Notes under the pieces: model-generated | The model's input: only the letters and a program-made list of their open reading frames with translations | Databases searched by the model: none | What the model was told of the DNA's origin: nothing | From: Eledone cirrhosa | Taxonomy: Eukaryota | Reading direction: 5' to 3' | Length of the DNA stretch: 64,000 nucleotides | NCBI GenBank assembly: GCA_964016885.1 | Contig: OZ024740.1 | Location: forward strand, 403,310,001 to 403,374,000 | Position numbers and translations under genes: made by a program | In this document: positions 29,901-43,980 of the stretch, one piece after another | Numbering within the stretch: the stretch's first letter is position 1 | Layout: every line of letters starts with the position of its first letter

Positions 29901-30417
29901 TATGGACAACTTCCAGAAATCTCTGGCCTGGCAGTGCTACCGAGGAGCCTTGCCAGTTCGGGATAAACTCTACAGGCATGGAGGTGCCGTCAGCCGGACA
30001 TGTCCGAGATGCGCGCAGGGCGACGAAACCGTCCTGCACGCACTCGTCCAGTGTCCGAAAATTGCTGACTTGTGGGTTTATGTCGAACACCTGCTGTCGC
30101 GTGTAGGATGGATCTGGCTATCATCTGAGTCCTTCGTGAGGATTGCCCCGCCCTCCTCCTTTAGCCGGGAAGGGCAGGCAGTTTTTATCTGTCTGGTGGC
30201 CATGGCGAAAGAGATAGTATGGTGGACACGTTTGAAAGGGCTGAAGACGAGCACTTACCTCTTCGGTGATGCTCTGATTGACTTTTTCAAATTTCATTTG
30301 AAAAGGAAAATCAGAGTAGAGAGGGAAGTGCTCTCTTCCCAGCATTTTGTTGAAAGATGGGTGAGAGAAGCAAGAATGGCCCGAGTGAATGGGCCTACTC
30401 TGAGTATATATCTGTAA
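26998..30417 (+). pseudogene. LINE ORF2: AP endonuclease + reverse transcriptase + C-terminal Cys-rich domain; single premature TAA at 29752-29754
   Basis: SINAHGL, SETR, VYAP, GDWN, YLDRV, TDH (APE); KSPGLDG, NFRPITLLN, DQSKAFDRV, RQGCPLS, YADD (RT); 29764-30417 continues in the same frame. Confidence 0.95.
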
Positions 30418-30667
30418 ATTAAAGGTGGAAAACTGGGAGAGGGCACTTGCCTTGGTGGTCAGGGTCACTGTGGCCTTTTACTGGGCTTTCTCCACAAATG
30501 TCCCTCCGAAGTCTCCCCCCTATTGGGGAATATTTCATTGTTATTTTTTTGTTACATCCTCTGTTTTTGTTTTTTACACGCAGAAATGCCCATTTGTACC
30601 GTACTGTATTGTCCTGCACTGTCCTTAATGTCTACTTTATGTAAACCCTTGTGGTTAATAAAGAAAA

Positions 30668-30701
<34 letters not shown>

Positions 30702-30717
30702 ATTATTATTATTATAA

Positions 30718-30938
30718 GGGCGGTAGATTGGCAGTATCGGTAGAGAGTCGGACACCATGCTTTGCAGCATAGAGTTACGGGCCTTTATGATCTGAGTTCA
30801 AATTCTGCCGAGGTTTGCCTTTCATCCTTACGGGGTCGATAAAATAAAGTACCAGTCACGTACTGGGGTCGATTTAATCGACTTTCTCCTCCCCCAAAAT
30901 TGCTGGCCTTGTGCCTATATAAGAAACCATTATTATTG
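30718..30938 (+). mobile_element. tRNA-headed SINE directly after the LINE (ATT)n tail
   Basis: Same family as 14716-14934. Confidence 0.9.
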
Positions 30939-31177
30939 ATAGGTCTGACTCATGTTACTCTGGAGTTTCGTCTGTGCATTCATAGAGTCCTCGAACAAGG
31001 ACTCTGACTTGGCCTTAATAGAACATTAATCTCTACTATAGCACAGAGTACTCTTCTCACGACCGTCACCTCATAGGGGATACATGTGTATGTCTGTGTG
31101 TGTGTGTGTTTAAAGATAGAGAGGAGAAGATAAATATATAGATAGATACAGACATTAAGGCACATACCATAGATATC

Positions 31178-33232
31178 TTTCTTTATTTGCCACAGGGGCG
31201 TACAAAAATGGGACTTTACAAGACGTGGCGGCGGGGGTTTTATATAAAATCTTTAACAATGATAAATAACAATAAACTATATAAAAATAAAACAATTGAA
31301 ATCCCCATTAAGGGGGGGGGGGGGCGGGGGGTAACACTAGTGCGGGGTTGTTTTACACCCCGTGGATAGAACAACCCTCAACACCAGGAGCACGTTTTGT
31401 AGGTGTTCCCGTCTTCCCTCTGTTTATCTTCCTCAACCTACAGGTTTATATACAGAGAAAGCCCATTCACCCACCGTTCAGCGAATTTACTGGGGTGTAG
31501 CACCTCTCTCTCCACTCTCACCTTCTTTCTGAAGTGCTACTTAAAGAAGGGGATGAGTTTTTGTCCGGAGAGAAAGGTGCTTGCCCTCAGTCCTTTTAAC
31601 CTCGTCCACCATATTACCTTTTTCGCCATAGCCACCAGACAGAGGAAGACCGCCTCTCTTTCGTTCTTAGAGAAAGGCGGCGGGGTGATCCTCACGATGG
31701 ACTCGGCTGACAACTGGATACGTCCTACACGTGACAGTAGCTATTCGACATAATTCCACAGGTCGGTCACCCCTGAGCACTGAACAATTACGTGCGGAAC
31801 GGTTTCGATGTCCTGCTCGCATCTTGGACAGGTCCTTTTGGTAGGATCTCTGCCAGGGCGTCCGTGCCTGTAAATTTTATCTCGAACTGGTAGAGCTGCT
31901 CAGTAGCACTACTAGGCCAGAGACCGCTGGAAGTTGTCCATAGGCCCTGGACGGAAAGTCCTCCCGAACAGACTGATCAGTTCGTCTTCCTCGATGCCTA
32001 GAGTTTCCCCGAGAACGTCGTCGCACTTATCCTCCACTAATCCCCTTTAGAATGTCGAAGTGGAGTCTCCGCTGATTACCGTTTCCGCTTGGTAGAGCGC
32101 TGTGAGCGCCTGAAGGCACTCGAGGTGCCATGCGCCCATTTTCGGTCTTCGCTTGACCTAGGACTGCAGCTCTGTTAGTGAGACGAGTTGTGGAAGAGCT
32201 CGCCTCACAAACGACAGCCACCCCGGTTCGCCGGTCAGGAACACCTGGAGATGGCGTAGCCTCAGCACGTGTTTGCGCATCATCAGCCACGGCATGCTCA
32301 GCCCTCCGTTAGAAGGGTGTTGACAGCAGATGGATCGTCTCACCAAAGGAGCCTATTTCTTCCAGAGGAACATGAAGAGTAGGCGTTCCATTTTGGTAAG
32401 GTATTCGCGGGGACAAGGCACGACTGTCAAGCAGTAGTAGATGACGGATGCTATGTAAGTGTTCGCCACCTCCGCTCGACCTTTCAAGGAGAGTTTGCAC
32501 TCAGCCCACTTCTGGGTGAGTGCAAACACCTTCGCCGTGACCTCGTTCCAGTTCTTGTCCACCTGGAGGTCTGGACCAAACCAGACCCCGAGCAATTTCA
32601 CCAGTCCTTCCGTCCAGCGTCCAACGACACTGGCGGAAAGCATGGGTTTGCCTCTCTATGTGCCGAGTTGCAAACCGACAGACTTGTTTGGGTTTAGTCT
32701 TGCTGCTATCAACGTTTCGTATTCCTGTATTAGGTTGCCGATTACTCCGATGTCCGAGGTTTTCGACACCATTACGGTTATGTCGTCGGCATAGGCCCAC
32801 GCTGCTTTCCGCAGTTCGATCGGGATGTCCTGCAACAGGTCCAACTTCCGCAGTAATAGCTCGAGAGTCAGTACATACAGAATGGAGGAGAGAGGGCACC
32901 CCTGAAAGATGGAACGCGTGATTTGGAATGGATCCGATAGGTATCCATTCACCTTGACTGCCGAGCAGATGCTGGTGTGCATGGCAGCGATCCAGCCTCT
33001 GCGGACGGGACCGAAGCCGGCCGCCTTGAGAACCGCTTCCAAGTATTGATGGTCGACCCTATAGCCTTAGACTGATCTAAATTGATCAGAGCCCCACCGA
33101 AGTCAGGTTTACACCCTACCCTCTCTATGATGTTTCGCATGAGGTTGAGGTTGTCGCGTATGGACGTGGTCGGGATTGCACGCGTTTGCGCTTCCCCTAC
33201 CAGGTTCTCGACGACAAGCGCCAGCCTCGCTG
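31178..33232 (-). mobile_element. 5'-truncated, degraded L1/Tx1 LINE of a related subfamily
   Basis: Minus-strand ORFs with INLDQSKA, QGCPLS, YADD, LLGVWFGPDL and PWLMMRKH; 3' end tgtggcaaataaagaaa. Confidence 0.9.
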
Positions 33233-33367
33233 CTTACAGATAGATAGATTGTGACTTTTTTTTTATGCGAAAGAGAAATGACTGGAATGATAAAGAAACG
33301 AACAGGAAAAAAAGAACAAACATGCAGTCGTATAGATCGCGAGAGAATATATGTATATATATGTGGG

Positions 33368-33374
33368 GGAGAGA

Positions 33375-33444
<70 letters not shown>

Positions 33445-33497
33445 AAAGAAAGAAAGAGAAAAGAAAGAAAAAGAAAGAAAAGAAAAGAAACAAAGAT

Positions 33498-33564
<67 letters not shown>

Positions 33565-33575
33565 ACAAAAGAAAG

Positions 33576-33638
<63 letters not shown>

Positions 33639-33689
33639 AAAGAAAGAAAGAAAAGAAAGAAAAGAAAGAAAAGAAAAAGAAGCAAAGAT

Positions 33690-33720
<31 letters not shown>

Positions 33721-34030
33721 ACAAAAGAAAGAGAAAGAAAGAAAGAAAAGAAAGAAAGGAAGGAAGAAAGAAAGAAAAAAAAAAGAGAGAAAGAAAGAAA
33801 AAAGAAAAAGAAACAAGTAAAGAAAAGAAAAAGAAACAAAGATAGAAATAAATAAAGAAAGAAAGAAAGAAAAAAGAAAAAGAAAGAGAAAAGAAAGAAA
33901 AGGAAAGAAAAAGACAGAAAGAAAAAAGAAAGAGAAAGAAAGAAAAGAAAAGAAAAGAAAAAAGGAAATAAAAGAAATAAAGAAAAGAAAAAGAAAGAAA
34001 AAAGAAAGAAAAGAAAGAAAGAAAAAAAGT
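33368..34030. repeat. (GA)n / (GAAA)n polypurine tract
   Basis: Direct reading. Confidence 0.95.
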
Positions 34031-34744
34031 GAGTGAGTGAGAAAAACACAAAAGATGTAATAGTAGCACAAATAAGCGTTGATAGTTTCTGTTTAAAGAA
34101 AAAGTAGTTTTATAAACAAAAACCACAAAAGGAAATTTTGTTTATGTATCCCCCCCCCCCCCCCCTGTTATTTTTCCCAATACTTCCTATGTAACCTCTC
34201 TACATTTATTTCATTTTTCTTATTATTATAACTATTCCCTTTTATGTTGTATTCTTGTTTTATGTTTCGGCCCTAGTGGCTAATAAAGAATTAATTATTT
34301 TTATTCCTTTGAACACCGTTTCATTTTTCGAAATCTATAATTGTGAGAACGAACCCCAAGCTATGAGGGTTTGGTCAATTTATCTTCCTTGACTCCTGTA
34401 GTTTTTCTGTCATGTTTTTGTTAATGTTTACTTTCGTAACGACCAGCATAATTTCAGAAAGAACAATCAGTTATGGTGGTGAATTATCGACAAATTGTAT
34501 TTCTATATTACAAACGTACTTACATATATCCAGTATGTGTATATATATCTATGTACGCATATTATATACCTGCGTGTATTGTCTTCTAAATAATATGTAG
34601 AACTTCATATCGATTAGATACACAAACACGTGTGTCGGAAGAATGAGTGGGTATATGTATGTATGTATGTAGTATGTATGTATGATTGTATGCATGTATG
34701 CATGTATGCATGTATGCATGTGTGTATGTATGTATGTATGTCTC

Positions 34745-35312
34745 ACAACCTGTCTCATGATCGGGTCGTTGGCGACTAAACTGGCAACCCCACCAAGGTT
34801 TCTTGGTGAGGAGGGTGACTTTGGACATCCTGCAGGACTAAAAACAAAACCTGTCAAAGGGCAAAGGAGCTCTTAAGAGTCAATGGCCATCCAAAATCAC
34901 CGGGAGAGATGACCCCTTAGCCTTTGTCAAGGCATAATTCAAGGAGAAGGAAAACTCTGATATAACACCTGCAACCCTGATGGTATCCAATGATGTTGGC
35001 TTGTTCTTCTTTTTGGTAAATATCATCTTGGTTAAGAGAGTGGGACTGGCTTTGTGCAGTGCCTTTGCTCACTATAAAAGCTTCACGGCACAGGCATTGC
35101 TTTATATCTGGAGATCTCTCTGCACTTGTCATCACATGGTACCATGGGCCCAGCACTATATGTCAATAATAGTCACAAGTGTAGTGTTTGTACCAGAGTT
35201 TTCAAGTCGCTGGCTGGACTAAAAAGTCACACTCGTTCAGCGCATCGGTAGGGGTTCTCCTACATGGATATAAAGTAGTGGCCGTACTCGAAAACGAGTT
35301 GGCAGCCACCAT
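34745..35312 (+). mobile_element. Third copy of the ~580-bp (TGTA)n-embedded element
   Basis: Reverse complement of 8515-9092. Confidence 0.75.
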
Positions 35313-35321
35313 GTATGTATA

Positions 35322-35399
35322 CAGGGCGACCTCAAAAATGTATACACACATTCATTAGAATGCTGTTGAAGTGTGTATACATTTTTGGGGGCCACCCTA
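35322..35399. mobile_element. Tiny Tc1/mariner-like MITE (78 bp)
   Basis: Imperfect TIRs cagggcgacctcaaaaatgtatacaca / tgtgtatacatttttgggggccaccct in a TA context. Confidence 0.6.
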
Positions 35400-35528
35400 T
35401 GTATATATACATATATATACATATATATACATATATATACATATATACATATATATACATATATACATATATACATATATATACATATATACATATATAC
35501 ATATATATACATATATATATATATATAC

Positions 35529-35637
<109 letters not shown>

Positions 35638-36009
35638 TAAAGTTATATAAGTTTGATACCGATCGTAAGCCCGGCGCATTTTGTGTGAAGGAAAAGTGGT
35701 GGGAATCAGCCTCACACCTCAACTCCATGACACTCACATGCACTAACATCATTAATATAAGAACGTCTTTACATACCTAAAATGAAAACAGTGTATGGCC
35801 GTTAAAGAAAAACCTTCCTGATTGTTTCATCATTGTGAATCTATATAGTTTGTAATTCAGGCTGAAGGGTAAAACAAAATGAGTAACGTATAAAAGGATT
35901 TCTATGTAAAAAAATTAATAAGAGATATTAATATTTATTCATCACTAAACGCATTGTTAAACACAGAGTAATAGAATGTATTATACAAATCTCTCGAGTC
36001 GCCTGAATC

Positions 36010-36520
36010 AGATAATATTAAGGCAATTATTTTGGTATGGATTACAACGCTTGGCAGGACCGTTTAAATAGCTGTTTAAAACGGCCAACACGGAATTAGA
36101 AATAGAATCATGGAATGCTCTATAAATTTGACAAAAAGGACGGACATGAAGACCCTAAACAATTCAAGGGACATTACTTTGTTTCCTGGTATTATGAAAT
36201 TATTATCTAAAATCTTTACACACAAGGATTGGCTTACAATTAGTATAAAATCCATGCATTGGTCAAACTAATATTAATAGAGATTTAACTTAAGCTTAAG
36301 CTCTTAAAAATCCCTTTCATAGATAACAAGGCGTCGTTGATGGAGAGATCATTTTGAAAATTCTATTAATCGCTGATAATTTAAGGTAAACTTTAGAATC
36401 TGAGGAAACTAGTGCGTGTCTGCGCAGCAAAAATTAATTAAAAAGAAGAGTTCAAAGAATTTTGAATATATTTCTACCTTGAGGAATACAAATGCTAACC
36501 GTTTGCTGTTACATATGGCA
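36010..36520 (+). pseudogene. Highly decayed LINE RT remnant
   Basis: aaaaaggacgg..gaccctaaacaattcaagggacattactttg..atgaaattattatctaaaatc resembles K.G..DP.N.R.ITL...MKLLSKI. Confidence 0.35.
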
Positions 36521-37227
36521 AATAAATAAATTGATCAGAAAATTGTTCAGTTTAGCTGATATCATTAGAAGCTTCGACAATTATTACAAAATAATTAGTC
36601 ACCTTGACTTCAGCTATTACCTTTGATAGAACCTGAATAATTATTGTATTAGATGATTTTGTATATCAGGGTTGAGTTACGTATCCATTTCCAACACTCA
36701 GAAATAAATGATGCTCCTGTAACACATCATTTTCTGGCAAATATCTTAATAAGTTCTCAAAAATTGCTTTCATTTCTACTTAGAGAACCTAAATCTAGAC
36801 ATTTGCGATTACCACGGAATGTCAATACGCATTTTCTCCGAAAAGAAAACCTCATCTATAATACAAGTTAGAATCATTCTATTTCATTCGTGTTTGCGGT
36901 TGCGAGACCAGCCAAGACATTTATGTCGTTGAACAAACGAAATTTATTAAAGAAAACATTTTCTCCACTTTTTCATTTTTTTTTTGTTTTAAAACAATTT
37001 TTAGATCATTCCCAAAACTCGACCGATTTACTAAATGACAACAAAGAATACAAGGCACAGGGGTTTCTTATGATGCTAAAGCAGCCATTGATTATTTAAT
37101 TCACAGTCACATTTAACATTTTTTACTAAATTAAAGATAAGTAACATCCTGGATCACATTTTACAAGACTGTCAAATTTGTATTTAAACTAATAAGGGCC
37201 TAAATTGGTTAATCAAAATAGAAATAC

Positions 37228-37229
<2 letters not shown>

Positions 37230-37258
<29 letters not shown>

Positions 37259-37860
37259 CTTCTTCTTCTTCTTCTTCTTCTTCTTCTTCGCCCACATATT
37301 CCAGAGGATCGTAAGAGCAGAGTCCTCAAACACTCCTTCTGGCGGGTCCTGTCAGAATCAACCATTTCCAACTGATATGGCTGGATCTCCAAGCAAGACC
37401 AGCTAAGCTTATGGATGTTATCCAACCATCTTGCTAGGGGTTTACCCCTAGGTCTCCTATGGGTTGGTTTTGCCCGTAAAATCTGGCCAGTGATTCTTTC
37501 CTGAGACATTCTAACCACATGCCCATAGTATCGGAGCTGTGATCTCTCAAATCGGAGAAGTAGTGGCTAACGTGGAGCAACTCTGATCTCCGAGCTACGC
37601 ACCTCCAAAAAACACTTCGGAGGGACCCCATTTCGGCTGCTTGTATTCGCGATCGTATTCGTTCAGTCATTACCCAAGAATAATGGCTATAGATAAGGGT
37701 TGGCACGATTACCGAAATGAACAGAGCGAATGCTTAAGCTGGTGCGTTACTGCACCAGCTCCTTTAATTATAATTCTTGCACTTAATTCAGCCTCCTGCC
37801 TTCCATCACTGGTGAATATGGTTCTGAGATACTTAAACTTTTCTACCTGCTTTAGCATAT
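37230..37860 (-). mobile_element. RTE-clade LINE 3' fragment with (AAG)n tail
   Basis: QVEKFKYL; PTLIY..SWVMTERIRSRIQAAEM..LR; GHVVRM..ERI...RRPRGKP..RW. Confidence 0.8.
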
Positions 37861-38085
37861 ACCTTTAGCATTCAAACCGGCCATATTTGGCCAGAATTAT
37901 CTCACTTCTTTCTGTTCAAACCAGCCATAACTGGTCTCTCATACCGACTTTAAGATGTTGTTTTGAAAATAAATAATATCAAAATCTTGTAGATTCGAGA
38001 TTATGTGAGATAATTATTTGAGGTAAAGCCTTTACTATGAAAATACAATAGTATATATAGAATAATGTAAATACTAAAGGGTTAA
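37861..38085. mobile_element. piggyBac-like MITE
   Basis: cctttagcatt ... aatactaaagggttaa inverted ends with TTAA. Confidence 0.5.
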
Positions 38086-38437
38086 TTTAATCATCAACCA
38101 GATTGATCTATCCTCCACACATAGCATCAGTCAGAGCCCCTAACTATAAGCTGTCTATGACAACAAAAACAACGTGTAATGTTAGTTAAGTACTGTGTGT
38201 AAAGCCGGATTCGAACGCAAGGCTGAGAAATAAGAAAAACAGATAAATACAAAGAACAGCTCATTGTATCAATATCAGTGACCAAACTGAGGCAGTTATG
38301 TTAATTAGTTAGCGTGACAAATAATCCGGGAGACGGTTAGTCAAGACTGGCCAACTGGGTTTGGATAATATCCAATGAAATATGAGAACTTTCCTATCTC
38401 TTAGTCTAGTCATCAGACGAAAAGGGCACGATAAGCT

Positions 38438-38544
<107 letters not shown>

Positions 38545-38630
38545 TATATATAAGTGTGGTGAGTGTGAAGTATGTGTTCGTACATGTATGTATGTGTGTA
38601 TTTAGCTATCTATCTACTTCTTTCTTGAAT

Positions 38631-38692
<62 letters not shown>

Positions 38693-38882
38693 CTGTATGT
38701 GTATACAAAAGTATATATATACTTTTCATACTTATCTATCGACAATGCTATATGTCTTGGAATACATAAATATACCAATGAATGTGTGTGTGTATATATA
38801 TATCTGTATCTATGATTTTGTGTGTGTATGAATGCCAACGTACACATATCCACACTAGCGAATTAATACACATATGTATACG

Positions 38883-39275
38883 TATATACCAACATATACA
38901 TAGATATGTATATATGAGTACGTCTGTTATATCTATACATGTGTGTATACATATATACCAACATATACATAGATAGGTCTATATGAGTACGTCTGTTATA
39001 TGTATACATGTGTGTATACATATATACCAACATATACATAGATATGTATATATGAGTACGTCTGTTATATCTATACATGTGTGTATACATATATATCAAC
39101 ATATACATAGATATGTATATATGAGTACGTCTGTTATATCTATACATGTGTGTATACATATATATCAACATATACATAGATATGTCTATATGAGTACGTC
39201 TGTTATATCTATACATGTGTGTATACATATATATCAACATATACATACGTCTGTTATATCTATACATACATGTAT
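38883..39275. repeat. 69-bp minisatellite, ~5.5 copies
   Basis: gagtacgtctgttat at 38916, 38985, 39054, 39123 and 39192. Confidence 0.9.
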
Positions 39276-39408
39276 ATCTCTATTCTTGGCTTCATTGTGA
39301 ACAATGGTTACGATTTATGTTTAGTAGCATCTAGCGATAGACTGACCTACACATACACACTCATATAAACACATACATACTCATGCTTACACATACGTGT
39401 GTATATAT

Positions 39409-39487
<79 letters not shown>

Positions 39488-39523
39488 GTGTGTGTGAGCA
39501 ATATATATATATATATTTATTTA

Positions 39524-39669
<146 letters not shown>

Positions 39670-39734
39670 CATTATTCCTAATTCGATTTGTTTATTTACT
39701 AATGTTTTTGAAAGTAGATATTTTATAAACAACC

Positions 39735-40215
39735 CACCGCAACATCACCACCACCACCACCGCACCACCACCACCACAACCACCCCACCACCACCACCAC
39801 CGCACCACCACCACACCACCACCACCGCACCACCACCACCACCACCACCACTACCACCACACCACCACCAACCATCACCACCACCACCACCACCACCACC
39901 ACACCACCACCATCACCACCACACCACCACCATCACCACCACACCACCACCACCACCACCGCACCACCACCACCACCACCACACCACCACCACAACCACC
40001 ACCACCACCGAACCACCACCACACCACCACCACAACCACCGCCACCACCGAACCACCACCACACCACCACCAACCATCACCACCACCACCACACCACCAT
40101 CACCACCATCACCACCACCACCACCACCACCACCACCGAACCACCACCACACCACCACCAACCATCACCACCACCACACCACCATCACCACCACCACACC
40201 ACCACCACCATCTAC
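39735..40215. repeat. (CAC)n degenerate tract
   Basis: Direct reading. Confidence 0.9.
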
Positions 40216-40588
40216 CTTCGACTACAGCCACCACTCCCACAGTAACCGACCAAACTCAACCTCATGCTGCCGCAATACTTTCACTGCCCTACACTACTCT
40301 ATATACTACAACAAATCAAAATAAAGATAAATAACTAAACCAATAAATGAATAAATAAATAAAATTCCAAGCCAAACAGGTCCCACAACACCACACCACT
40401 AGTATCACCACCATCGGCAATACAATACATGGCATACCACTTCCACTTACTACCCACTCAAACACTAGATGACAGTTCCTATGTTATCATCACAACTCAA
40501 GTTCAAGCGATATCAACAAAACACATGAACACATAGGTAATCACGCTAACACACACACATAGACACAAAGAGAGACACATAATGTATG

Positions 40589-40682
<94 letters not shown>

Positions 40683-40714
40683 CATACATATATATATATG
40701 TATATACATACATA

Positions 40715-40778
<64 letters not shown>

Positions 40779-41008
40779 CATACATATATATACATATATA
40801 TAGGGGTGCGTTTGTGTATGTGTGTGTACAGAAACAAATAAAGCATCAAAAAGTCAAATTATTTGCTTTCAATACTATGAAATATCTCATCACTTTTCCT
40901 TCTTTTTATTTTCCGTTTATTTTTTTGTTTTCTTTTGTTTTTTTTTTGCTTTGTTTTTTAAATTGAAATATTACTGTTATTTGTATTGTTGTTGTTACTT
41001 CTAAACAT

Positions 41009-42747
41009 AACTGTAGTATGTTTATAAGGAATACAACTGTAGTATATCTATAAGGAATACAACTGTAGTATATCTATAAGGAATACAACTGTAGTATATC
41101 TATAAGGAATACAACTGTAGTATGTTTATAAGGAATACAACTGTAGTATGTTTATAAGGAATACAACTGTAGTATATCTATAAGGAATACAACTGTAGTA
41201 TATCTATAAGGAATACAACTGTAGTATATCTATAAGGAATACAACTGTAGTATGTTTATAAGGAATACAACTGTAGTATATCTATAAGGAATACAACTGT
41301 AGTATGTTTATAAGGAATACAACTGTAGTATATCTATAAGGAATACAACTGTAGTATGTTTATAAGGAATACAACTGTAGTATATCTATAAGGAATGCAA
41401 CTGTAGTATGTTTATAAGGAATACAACTGTAGTATGTTTATAAGGAATACAACTGTAGTATATCTATAAGGAATACAACTGTAGTATATCTATAAGGAAT
41501 ACAACTGTAGTATGTTTATAAGGAATACAACTGTAGTATATTTATAAGGAATACAACTGTAGTATATCTATAAGGAATACAACTGTAGTATATCTATAAG
41601 GAATACAACTGTAGTATGTTTATAAGGAATACAACTGTAGTATATCTATAAGGAATACAACTGTAGTATGTTTATAAGGAATACAACTGTAGTATATCTA
41701 TAAGGAATACAACTGTAGTATATCTATAAGGAATACAACTGTAGTATATCTATAAGGAATACAACTGTAGTATGTTTATAAGGAATACAACTGTAGTATA
41801 TCTATAAGGAATACAACTGTAGTATATCTATAAGGAATACAACTGTAGTATATCTATAAGGAATACAACTGTAGTATGTTTATAAGGAATACAACTGTAG
41901 TATATCTATAAGGAATACAACTGTAGTATGTTTATAAGGAATACAACTGTAGTATGTTTATAAGGAATACAACTGTAGTATATCTATAAGGAATACAACT
42001 GTAGTATATCTATAAGGAATACAACTGTAGTATGTTTATAAGGAATACAACTGTAGTATATCTATAAGGAATACAACTGTAGTATATCTATAAGGAATAC
42101 AACTGTAGTATATCTATAAGGAATACAACTATAGTATATCTATAAGGAATACAACTGTAGTATATCTATAAGGAATACAACTGTAGTATACCTATAAGGA
42201 ATACAACTGTAGTATGTTTATAAGGAATACAACTGTAGTATATCTATAAGGAATACAACTGTAGTATATCTATAAGGAATACAACTGTAGTATGTTTATA
42301 AGGAATACAACTGTAGTATATCTATAAGGAATACAACTGTAGTATATCTATAAGGAATACAACTGTAGTATATCTATAAGGAATACAACTGTAGTATGTT
42401 TATAAGGAATACAACTGTAGTATATCTATAAGGAATACAACTGTAGTATATCTATAAGGAATACAACTGTAGTATATCTATAAGGAATACAACTGTAGTA
42501 TGTTTATAAGGAATACAACTGTAGTATATCTATAAGGAATACAACTGTAGTATATCTATAAGGAATACAACTGTAGTATGTTTATAAGGAATACAACTGT
42601 AGTATATCTATAAGGAATACAACTGTAGTATGTTTATAAGGAATACAACTTTAATAGGAATACAACTGTAGTATGTTTATAAGGAATACAACTGTAGTAT
42701 GTTTATAAGGAATACAACTGTAGTATGTTTATAAGGAATACAACTGT
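41009..42747. repeat. 26-bp minisatellite, ~66 copies, two interspersed variants
   Basis: ggaatacaactgtagtat[atc|gtt]tataa. Confidence 0.95.
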
Positions 42748-42875
42748 CACGAAGACATTTAACCATTCACCACTCTTTTAATCTATGTGAACCGATGCAA
42801 ATAAGATACTCAGGGAAATACGGTAGAATCGAGAATCTGAGGAAATTGATAATAGTCAACAAAGGAGAATTCTAA

Positions 42876-43250
42876 TAATTGTTTCTACTTTTGGCACAAA
42901 GCCAGCAAATACCCCAATGCATTACTGGTACTCTATTTTGTTACTGGTATTCTATTCACCCGTAAGGATGAAAGGCAAAGTTAACTCAGACCGTAAAGGG
43001 CTGTAACTCTATGCTGCAAAGTATGGCGTCCAACCCAAATAATCCACCGCCCTAATAATTAGTTCTACTTTTGGTACAAGGCCAGCAATTATCCCAGTGC
43101 ATTACTGGTACTTTATTTTATCGACCCCGTAAGGATGAAAGGCAAAGTTAACCTCGGCGGGATTTGAACTCAGACCGTAAAGGGCTGTAACTCTATGCTG
43201 CAAAGCATGGCGTGCGAACCTCTACCGATACTGCCAATCCACCGCCCTAA
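42876..43250 (-). mobile_element. Two tandem SINEs (42876-43053 internally deleted; 43058-43250)
   Basis: Reverse complement of the 14716 family. Confidence 0.85.
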
Positions 43251-43639
43251 TAATGTTCAATTACTTCTATTGTAAAAACAATCCGACGTTTCGGGTTCTT
43301 CTCTTTCCTCTGCGACTGAAGAAGATTGAGAGAAAGAAAGTGGTCCTGTCACTTTACATAGTGGAGGAATTGAAGTGAAAAAAATGTGAAGTTATATAAG
43401 TCGAGGCATCGTGTCAAAGATGATTTTGGAAAATCAAAGGTCTGGTGGTTGAGCGGAGAAAGCTAGAATTAGAGAAGTAATGTTGAAGGCATGCCATGCC
43501 TGAAACAGGGCAAAGGTAAGGATGGTGTTCAAATCAAGAGAAACAGGAAAAGCAGAATGAAAATGCGACGAGCAAGTAATAGAGCGCCTCACACGCTGCT
43601 AGCCTGACAACGTGTGAGGCTCTTGATGAAGTTTCATTT

Positions 43640-43980
43640 CGCATGAGATGGCTAAACACGTGGAACAACGATTTTGCATCAAATTTTGCCAAAGGACTTA
43701 AAAATCTGAAGCAGAAAAAACTTATGAAATTCAGCAAGCTTTTGGGTGATAATGCCATGGATGTTACTCAAATAAAAGAAATGCACAACAGATTCAAAGA
43801 TGGCCGTACATCAACGGTAAGTGACCAACGTTCTGGGATGCCATTACGAGCCGCAATTCAGTTGTTAACCAAAAAGTGCGGACCCTCATAATCGAGGATT
43901 GTCGTTTGACGGTCTGAGAAATCTGCGACGTGGTTGGGATCAGTAAAAGTTATGCACATGCAATTTTAAAAGAAGCTTTT
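43640..43980 (+). pseudogene. Mariner transposase N-terminal (HTH) fragment
   Basis: EQRFCIKFCQ..GDNAM..TQIKE.HNRFKDGRTS..SDQRSG..VRTLIIEDCRLTV.EI..VGISK, read across frameshifts. Confidence 0.8.

Larger units (their letters stand above)
24635..30714 (+). mobile_element. Full-length L1/Tx1-clade LINE (~6.1 kb)
   Basis: 5'UTR, ORF1 with CCHC knuckle, ORF2 APE-RT-Cys domain, 3'UTR and (ATT)n tail. Confidence 0.95.

Noticed and set aside
41009-42747. CRISPR-like regular array
   Set aside because: No unique spacers; contiguous 26-bp tandem units in eukaryotic DNA.
43281-43330. Possible minus-strand hammerhead (GAAAcgTC)
   Set aside because: The 5' core and stems are too degenerate to support a call.
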